This document shows, piece after piece, positions 1 through 9,400 of a DNA stretch of 20,000 bases. Both the position numbers and the translations under genes were made by a program. The DNA comes from an uncultured virus (IMG/VR IMGVR_UViG_3300009605_000001) (Duplodnaviria; Heunggongvirae; Uroviricota; Caudoviricetes). Within the stretch, counting starts at the first letter, position 1. Every line of letters starts with the position of its first letter. Location of the stretch: the IMG/VR virus record IMGVR_UViG_3300009605_000001; one strand, written 5' to 3'. Under the pieces are notes generated by a model that was not told the origin of the DNA, ran no database searches, and saw only the letters and a program-made list of their open reading frames with translations.

Positions 1-486
1 GGTAACCACTACTGGTTCACCATTAACTCGCGTGCCTCTCTTTTTTAAGGCAGCAGCAAACATACCCTCTTCACTCTTCTCACCGAGTTTTAATCCTTTA
101 AGCAAACTATTTAAAGTCCAGTTTAGACTTTGTGTAATGTCACCACCTAAAAACTTAGAATCAGCGAGCATGTTGTTTTGCATTAAGTCAATACTAAGTT
201 CAGCAACTATCTGCGCAGTATTAAGATCATTAGCAAGGATACCTAACTTTCTAAGGTCAAAACTATTTCCATTATAAGTAACTACCTTGCCTCCCGCTAA
301 TAAATGCTGCTTCAACATCTTTAATAAAGCTCTAGCTTCACTTCCGCTTACTGAACGAGTAGGCGAGAAATGCTTACCCTTTTTAAACCCCACTCTTCCT
401 GCTGCTTCAAGTGTTCTTTCAACACCACCAATACCTACAATACGTTGTTCCAAGTCCATCGTAGTTTCAATATCAATAGATATAAC
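1..486 (-). other. DEDD/DnaQ-superfamily (RNase H-fold) 3'-5' exonuclease domain within the giant ORF, truncated by the window edge
   Basis: Exo I: VISIDIETTMDLEQRIVGIGGV (D3301 at 474-472, E3303 at 468-466). Exo II: KVVTYNGNSFDLRKLG (N3368, D3373 at 258-256). These are followed by SIDLM and WTLNSLLKGLKLGEKSEEG, in the order expected for YprB/RNase_H_2-like or polymerase proofreading exonucleases. Exo III would lie beyond base 1. Confidence 0.8.
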
Positions 487-3400
487 ATTATCTGTATCGT
501 ATATCCAATTAGGGTTGCTTTGGATTTCAATAATATTAGCTGCTTCAGCTTCATCTAAACCTAGCGATGTTAAGATTTCTACTGCTTTGGTAGGATTATG
601 TTGAGACCACATAGTTCTTTCTGGTGCAGCCCTAGCCATAATATTCATCTCAAGCAAACCTAAACTAGATAGTCTCTTCATAGCTGTAGTAATTGGAGAG
701 ATTAAAGACTCAATAAAGAAGGGTAATGCATTAGGTCTAAGTCCAGCATCTGGTCTATAATAATTAATCCAGTCTACAACTCTAGGTTTAATATTACCAG
801 ATGAACGAGAACCATCAACAAGCATATGAGCAACGGTGTGTCCTGATTCAACACGATCTACTATAATCTCCATTGCTTCACTTAAGACTCTTTCTCTGTT
901 CATCTTTTCAGTTTCACTGTAGCCGAAGTAATCAGCCATCTCTTCAGCATCAGATCGAACTAACTCAGGCTTACCTTCGGCATTAGATCGATAGCGACCT
1001 GTTGGCTTGTTGGTACGCATCGCGGTTTCTATTCTTTCGATAAAAGGATAGTTCTTATGTGACGAAAGCATCAGTAAAGCACCCATTGGTGTAATACCGA
1101 GTTTCATGTTTGTTCCGATTACCGTTCTTGGAACTCTCATAAGCATAGTAAAGGGGCCACCCATAGGATTACGTAAAATCATTTTATCAGTACGTTCATC
1201 CTTCGTTGGCTGCTGCTGTATTAACTTAACAAGGTCATTTCTACCCTCAACACTCTCTACAATAAAATCAAAGGAGAATACAGGATCATTTGCTAGTACA
1301 GCTTTCTCTCTAGCTACATTAATAATAGCTTCTCTGTGATCTGGAGGAATAGCGTTAAAGGATTGTATATCTCTTTGATTAGCAATAACTCTTAATTGTT
1401 TCTTTAGTGCGGGCTCCTTAACAATACCTATATATGTTTCTATAGCTTCAGATATATACCCATCCCACAGTACTCCTACAAGAAACTCCAACTCATCCAC
1501 AGACTGAACAAGTAAGGGATGTATGGCCGTCTCTTCTAGTTTAATTGTTTCGCCCGGATTAACCCCCTCTTCAATTATAAAGTGCTCTGTAGGAACTAAG
1601 CTTTTTTTCAAAGCTTTGTGAATAAGGGTTGGTCCGGATAAGACAGAGAATGGATTATTCTCCGAATATGGACTTGTCAGGATATCATATAGCGTTCTAT
1701 CTGCTAAGTCTGGATTTAAAATACCAATTTCATGTCCCTTAGTTTCCATAAGTAAGGAAGACATCTCTTTGTATCTAATATCCCGAGATAATTGGAACAG
1801 CGCGTGGAATCCTTCGAGGTATGTATTACGGGCTTGTAGTAGTTTCTCTTCGTTAGTTAGTCCTTTATCTCCATAGCGTACAGCAGAAATGATCTGGTCC
1901 ATTTCATGTTCAAGTTTTTGATCAAACCTATATACTAAATACAAGTACGGTACCATTTCTGGATCAAGCATCTCTGCCTCAAAGCCACGTTCTATTGCCC
2001 ACTTACTCATCTTCATCTCAACAACATTAGCTACCATCTCAGGTGCATTAGCATCTAATCCCATAAGATAGTCTAGATAATCAGACTTAACATCTGGACC
2101 CATTGGAAGAGTTTCTCTATTCCAAGGTTTCTCGAATCCTCTACTAGTTACTGGAATTAAGTGATCAGGGTTTTCTAAGGGTTGGTCTAACATAGCCGAT
2201 ACTTCTTCAATAGGACTCATCATCTCTCGTTCAGCGGCATGATAAGCTTTATTCTGAAGGTATAGGTTGCCCTTATTGTGATAAGGCATTCTCCTAGTTT
2301 CAGGAGCCCAAGACATGTATCCCCTTGGTTTGTCTGTAGACTCGAATACCATATCTTCTGTATCGTGTCGTAGTTCTGTCATTGTATGTTCTGCGGACCC
2401 TCTGAAGGTCATAGGATGTCCTGCGACTGGGACCAGTAAACCTATACCCTTAGAGAAATAATCTATGCTTGCTTGGTTTCGAGAACCATCAGCATTCCTA
2501 ACACTATCTTGTTGTAGTCTTTGCGCATTAGTATGATCTATAGCAGCTTCTTGAGAATGCTCCCACCACTGACTCAATACTTCGGCTTCGAGTTCATCCA
2601 TATTATCTTCAGCTTTATATTTTGACAGAGGCGGCTTCTCGGGTTCTGTAACTCTAAGAAGCATTTCATTTCTCATCATAAGAACAGCAATAGTATGATC
2701 CATTCTCTTGTGCCACTCCGCTACTTCAGCGTCATTATCAAAATCAACCATTCTCATTATGGGGTTGCCATATTTATCTAACCTTACCTTCCCATTTTTA
2801 TCCCTAACCGGAATCTTTTGATGAGGATTATCTTCCATTCTCCACTGACCCAACGGAGATTCGCCTTCTACGTCTACAAATACTTGCTTACCGTTTACAT
2901 ATTCGTAGGGATTTTCAGACCACTCCATGATCTTTCTACCAATCTTAGCAGGGTTATCCCAATCTTCATCTCTAATCTCTTCTGCTACGAAACTTTTAAA
3001 CGCATCTTGATTAGTTTGGATTCTAGCAAACATCGTGTTGTGATGGTGTCTATTCATATTAGAACTTGCAGAATAGGTTCTATAACTCTCAAGACCGGGT
3101 AAGAAGATTTGATACAGAATAAAGTTCTGAATTCCAAGAAGATCTTCTTCATTAAATCTCTGGTGATTAGTTGCTGCTTGTGCCTTTAATACATCTACAG
3201 CAACTCTGAACCCCGTAGAGTTTACTGTATTTAATGCTCTGAATAATTGATTATGTTTCCAGTGCATACCCTTTGGTTGCAGTAATTGGCCAACCTCTTC
3301 CCTTTCAGCTAAAGTTAGCTTTCCTCCTTCTCCCGACTTTGCCCTAGCATCTGCTTTCCTAATGATTGCGTCAGCTTTCATCAACCTACTATTCTTATAC

Positions 3401-6400
3401 TTCTCCTTAAATGCTTCTACAGTCATCTGAACTCTTTCGCCATCCGGTCCTATCATCATCTCACGCTTAGCTAACATAGCAATATTTAGATCCAGTTGTC
3501 GGCGTAAATAATCTCTTTTCATAGCGGGGTTATTTTGATCTGTTTTCTTAATCTCCTTGTTCCGCATACTCTTTACAGTTGAAATCCAATCTGTTATATG
3601 CCTATCTGTCATGTTTTCGTGCATCGACAGAATTTTTCTTGCTTCTTCCCGAAGACCCTCAATACCCAAAGCTACATCAATAACAGCAGCGTTCTCACCC
3701 GCTATATGGTCAAATATAGAATGTCCAAACAAAGCCATAACATGTGATATACCTTCAGATTGATCCTTAAAATTAAAACCAAACTCTTGCCTCAGCCTAG
3801 TCAGGATACCTACAAACATTGGATCGGTTTGTAGTTCTACCCAGCCTTTCCATCCCATAGTATATAGCCTACGCATAACTTCTGGTTTCCAGAATTCACG
3901 CATCAGCTTCATCTTCCTAACCATATCAGGATCAGAGCCTTCATTACTAACGTAATCAGTATACTTAGTATGATCATCGATTCCCAACGTAGCTAACTGA
4001 TCATAAAACGTAACCATTGGAGAGAGAAGTTCGCCATATTCTGGGTGTGCTAAAGCCTTTCTTCTAACGGTTTCAGCAAAACCTAAACCAGCTCTGATAT
4101 AATAATCTTCAGCCTCAATAGACATATTCATTTTATTCCTTAACTCACCCATAGCGGTAATAGCTGCTTCGCTACCGAGACTTAGAATCTTAGTTACAAA
4201 TAAACCATTAAACTTCTTATCCAAGTAAGTCTTTGGTGAAAGGATCCTTTTATAGAACTCTGGGTTTTCCCAATACTTTGGCCCAAACTCTTTATAATGT
4301 TCTTTTGCATAGGCTTGTTCTGCTTCGGTAGCCTGTTGAATAACATCATTGGCTAATCCTTCTAAGTGCATGTTCATGCTTTCTAAAGCAAGTATAGAAG
4401 AAATACCACTCATTGGAACAATAGTAGGTAAGCCTGTAGTAAGCTCAGGGTGTATCATTTTAAAAGCTGCATCACCCTCTGAAGTATAGACTAACCCCGG
4501 ACCAGCCGCCCAACGAGCATCATGGAGGAAAGCATAAGCAATATTTGCTGTATCTAATAGAACCTCAGAAAGAATATTCTTAAGTTCTTCTCTAGTAGTA
4601 ATTCTATCGTTTAGTCTTACATTAATAATAGGAGGCAATAACCTAGCATCTGGTTGAAGACTTCTAGAAACAGGTCTACCCGGCACAGCACCATCTTTAT
4701 CTTCTAGATAAGCGTTGTATTCTATAATATCGTTCTCATCAATCTCTTCTGTAAAGATAAACTCTAATCGTTTCCTTACAATAGCATCTTCAATCACAAG
4801 AGCAACAGCCTCAGGTCGTTCTGGAGCAAAGGAAGTCATGTGTCCCCGTAACATCGGGTGTGTCCGGACTGTCTCTCCTTCTTGCGGCTCATCAAAACGA
4901 TTCTCTTCTTTTCTTTCTGATCTATATTCTGGGGATTTTCGTCTCTTGGTAACTATTTCTTTAGTTTTTAGTCTGGTTACTAAAGCAAAGTCAACCAGTT
5001 CCCAACCAAGCCGTCTTGCTGGTTGCCAGCCCCGAGTACCGTCCCCCATACTAATGATCTCGTCTCTAGTAATTAGGGTGTGTTCATTATCACCCTCTGC
5101 AAGCCTATCAAGAATTATACTAGCTATTCTATCTAGGTCTTTTAAGTCTTCTGGAATCTTAAAGTAAGCATATATATCTTTCTTCTGTCTTTGAGATTGC
5201 ATAAAGAGTACTTCTAATTGCTCAACTATACCCTTTCTAACCTCCTCAAGATATTTCATCTCTGCTTCTGCTCTTGATTCCGGATCATCTAGATCAAAGG
5301 TAATTGTTTGGTCAAGATCGGGAGAAAGATTATCTGTTAAATCAATTAGGAAACCATACTGATTAAACAAATCATCATCGACTGCTCTCGACGCTTTCAT
5401 AAGTCTATCGGTAAACGCAATGGCAGTATATAACCCAATCTTAGATTTAGGATCTCTATCATAAACCATAACATCTTCTTCTGTAGCCCTAGTTTCAGCA
5501 TTCTTTGCTATTACTGCCTGATGTGCCGTGTCTCGTTTTTTGATAAAGGTTACTAATCCTTCATCCCCCTTGAAGTCATGCAACAGACTTTTTAAAAGGT
5601 TCTTAGGAAATCCACCTTCCCCTGCTAAAGTAAGGGCTCGAACATCCTGTACAAACCCCCAATCTGTTAGATCTGGGCTAACGAGAGTCTTCCCTTCAGC
5701 TTCAAGGCGGTTATTGATGCCCGAGATATATCTAAATAATCCTAACTGACCTTCTTCTGACTCGAAAGCCTTAAAGAGTTTGTGTATAATTTGCCTTGCT
5801 TCTAGTTCGTTAATACGGCCATCCTGAAGTGCCGTCCTAATTTCTGCAACCCATGAATTAGCTTCGTGGATTCTCCACTTCTCCCCCTTTTCCTCAATCC
5901 TCTGAAGAACCTTTTGAACCTTTGCATCACCTTCTTTCGCTACAAGTCTCCGTCCTCTAATGCGGCGAACTAAGTCTGTGAGAGACTCTTTTGAGATTGC
6001 TTTAAGATCACCATTAGCTCTCATTATTCTACGAGTAACTAAGGCAATAAGTTTATCTAATCTAACAAACAAAGTATCATACTCAAGACTCAAATCTTCC
6101 ATCGTTCTGTTACTAGGAAACTCCTCGCCTTCTGCATTAACAATAACTTCTCTAAAGACTGCATCATAGATACCATCTGGGAGACAACTATCAACAACGA
6201 AGATTGGAACCAATCCTACTTCAGGATCTAAGGCTCTACCCCACGGTCCTTCAAGTACAGATATTAATTGCGAATGAAACTCTTGAAGTGCCATCAACTC
6301 TTCTGCTAATGTAAATGCATACTCTTCAGGAACTATTCCTCTATCTATACTTTCTTTGTTTATCGCGGTTTTGTTTGCAGCTTCAGTATTAGTTCGATCA

Positions 6401-9400
6401 ATAGCTGGAGCTTCTGTAGCTTGGTTAATCCCCCACTGAGAAGCAGTAATTGGCCTGTTACTTACACGACTCCAATTAACATCTTTGAAGTAGTTCCTCT
6501 TAATAGACTTTATATATGTCTCTCGTTCTTTAGCAGCCTCTTCAAATATAGCTAATGCTTCTTCCTTACTATAAACAATTGGATCCTCATCGCTATCTGC
6601 TCTCTCATCTATTTCTTTCTTAACCCTGTCTTTGGTAGCACTTTCAGGTAAGAACGCTCCTAATAAGTCTTCAGCAGAAATAGTCTCTGTGGTTTCGAGT
6701 TTCTTTGTTAATACATGTCTTCGTATTGTTAAAGTCTTTAGTTCTTTATTACGATAATCTAATACTGCCCTGATTGTTTTCAGCTGATAAGACGCAAAAC
6801 CATATTTCCTAGCCATATCTAGTTTGTATCTTAAGGATATCTTTTCACGCTTTCTATCTAACCTCTTCATATCCTCTTCTAATTTCTCCAATTGTCTATA
6901 TTCATCTGAAGGTTGAATTACCTTAGTAAATATTTCATTCTGCATTCCAATAAGACCCAAAGCTAATGCTCTTAAGTCATCAAGCTTAACCCGCCCACTC
7001 TTTATACCTTCTAGGAGACTAGCTTTATTTTTTTCATTACTCTTTATAGTTTCCCATGTCTGTACAGCCTCTTCAAGATCGGCCCATTCTTCAGGAGAAA
7101 CATCATTCTTATCCATTTCCCCCTTTTGTCTCCACTTTGGGTGTTTCCCTGCTTCTGCTTCTGCCGCAATCGTATCAACAAAGGTTTTACTTAAGGTGCC
7201 AACTACTAGAGAAAGTTTAGATATCCTTTTACCCTTTTCACCTACATACTTTGTATCAATAGCATCTCGTATCTCTTTAACCTTTTCAGTTAACTCACCG
7301 ATCTCCTTCTTTACGTCTCTTAAAGCTTCACTATCGGATTCAACATCCTGCCACGCAGCAATACTTTCATCAAACTCGGAGATTAACTCGTCCATTTCAG
7401 CAATAAGTTCGTCAAGTTTATTCCTTATTTTTGGATCGGTAGTTCCTTCTCGTTCTTCTTCAAGAGCTGCCTTAAGGCTTTCAGCTTCCTCTTTCTCTTT
7501 TGTTGTTTGGACAACTGCGGATTGTTGCTCTCCTTCTTGTGCTCTAAGACTATCTATCCTAGCGTTTACAAGACCCTCCCCCTCAAGATCTTTCTTTCGC
7601 CATGCTTCCTCTTCTTCAGTTAGTTTTTTGTCGGCAATAATCTTCTTAGCAATACGATCAGAAATCTCCCAGTCAGTCTCTGGAACCTTATCAGTTACCT
7701 CCTTGATCTCAGCATCAATCTTTTTAATAGCTACAGTAAGTTGCCTAACTGTTTCCTTCTTACTTGCAAAATCTTCAAGTTCAAACAACTCTTCTACCGT
7801 AGTAACTTTTTCTCTGTCTATCTCAACTTTTTCCATACCCTTTTTTCTCTTGTGAGATATTTTACCAGTCTTAGAGTGCTTCCAATAAAAACCCATACGA
7901 AATATTTCACCAGCAAAGGATTCTACTATACCGGTAATTTGTGCTTGTATCTTACCCTTCCTCTCAACTTTATCTTGTATCCCCGCCATTGCCTTTTCTC
8001 GTTCAGCTTGAGCTACTCCAGCCTCCTTTAGTCTCTTGGCTCTTTTTCTCGCCGCCCTCATTAGGCTAACCTTACGTCTAAGTGTAGACGGTTTTTTTGG
8101 AGCTAGCTGTGGTGACTCCTTTATCTGTTTTTTAATAATACGGTCTACTGCTTCTTTATGCTCATTATATATCTTCTCTTCTTCCTTAGTTAATGTCACA
8201 TCACCTCTTTTTTTAATAGCAATATCAACTAAGACAGAATCTTCCTCCTCCTCCTTCGCTTGAATTAAAGAGTCAACATCTTCAGCCTTTTGTTTAAGTC
8301 TTTCTAACTCTGTTGTATTAGCCTCTAAAGAAAGTTTAAGTTTCTCTTCCTTTTCTCTAAATTTTTCCTCAACCTCAACCTCAATATCATGAACTACTTT
8401 AAGCTTTTCTGCAGCTGTGGCTGTATCAAAATTAAGTCCTTCTTTATCCATCCTCACACGAACCATACTCTCTACATTATCATCAACATATATTTCCCAA
8501 AGATCTTCATCAGAAATTTCATCTGTTTGATTAAGCCACTCCTCTGGGGTAAAGTTAGTTCCGTTTTCCTCATTCAACTTACGTACATATCTTGCCACCC
8601 GAAGCCTAGTTTTTGCTATAGCTGTACGTTCTCCTAGTTGTTTAGCTAAAGTCTGGGCTTCTGGTCCTCCTAATCTTTGAATTAGTCTATTAGCAATCTC
8701 ATCTAGAAGTACATCATCAGATATCTTCTCCCCATCCAAATCATTTTTAATTTCTTCTAACAGACTAAGAATACTGGTTACATCATCATATGTATTAACC
8801 CCGTCTCTGATCTGCCAAGGATCAAGAACAAAACCAAGAGGTCCATCCATTAAATCATTTAAGTCAATATCTCCACCTTCTTGTCGAATAGAGTTTAAGG
8901 AATCAACGACTGAATCACCTAACTCATAATGCTCTATAGCTGCTAAGATAGGATTATCACTACCCCTTGCGGCTGCCTTCCAAGCTTCTGTAATACTAGA
9001 CCTAAGTCTAGCACCAAGTGGAAGACTCATAATACCTTGACCAATTATACCACCAGCTGCTGAAAGAGGAGCGTTTACTGTATACTTCATAGCTGTTCCA
9101 AGGATTGGGTTTGCTACGACAGAGAACACAGCCTCCATCTTTGCTTCAGCCCAGATACCACCTAAATCATACTCATCAATAAACCCTCTTTTAATTTTCA
9201 AAGTTTGGTTTATACCTTCAGCTAAAGCACCCTCAACGAAACCCTCTCCTGCATTAAGAGGAGAACTATATAACATTCCCCTTAAGCCTTTTGTTTTAGC
9301 TAGCCTTTTACCAAGATCTGGGGCAATCTTACTAAAGATAGTTGTGCCTATGTTTTCTGGAAGCCAGTCAACAATCTTAGCTATCTTTGTTGCATGTGTA

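Noticed and set aside
796..822. MLVDGSRSSG as a second motif A
   Set aside because: It needs a gap to align, and no DxY or motif B follows; the exonuclease begins ~100 aa later.
3706..3723. HSIFDH as motif C (cf. N4 IFDG)
   Set aside because: It is only ~59 aa after the motif B Lys and fits better with the T7 fingers helix YMAKLIWESV.
5281..5298. FDLDDP as a two-barrel RNAP catalytic motif
   Set aside because: It does not match DxDxD spacing and lies in an acidic linker-like context.
8075..8098. Hairpin CGTCTA-AGTG-TAGACG followed by G and T7 (terminator-like on +; A7 slippery run before a hairpin on -)
   Set aside because: As a terminator it is antisense to the genes. As a -1 frameshift signal the hairpin is only 1 nt from the A-run, too close to stimulate slippage. 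The Lys-Lys codons explain the run.
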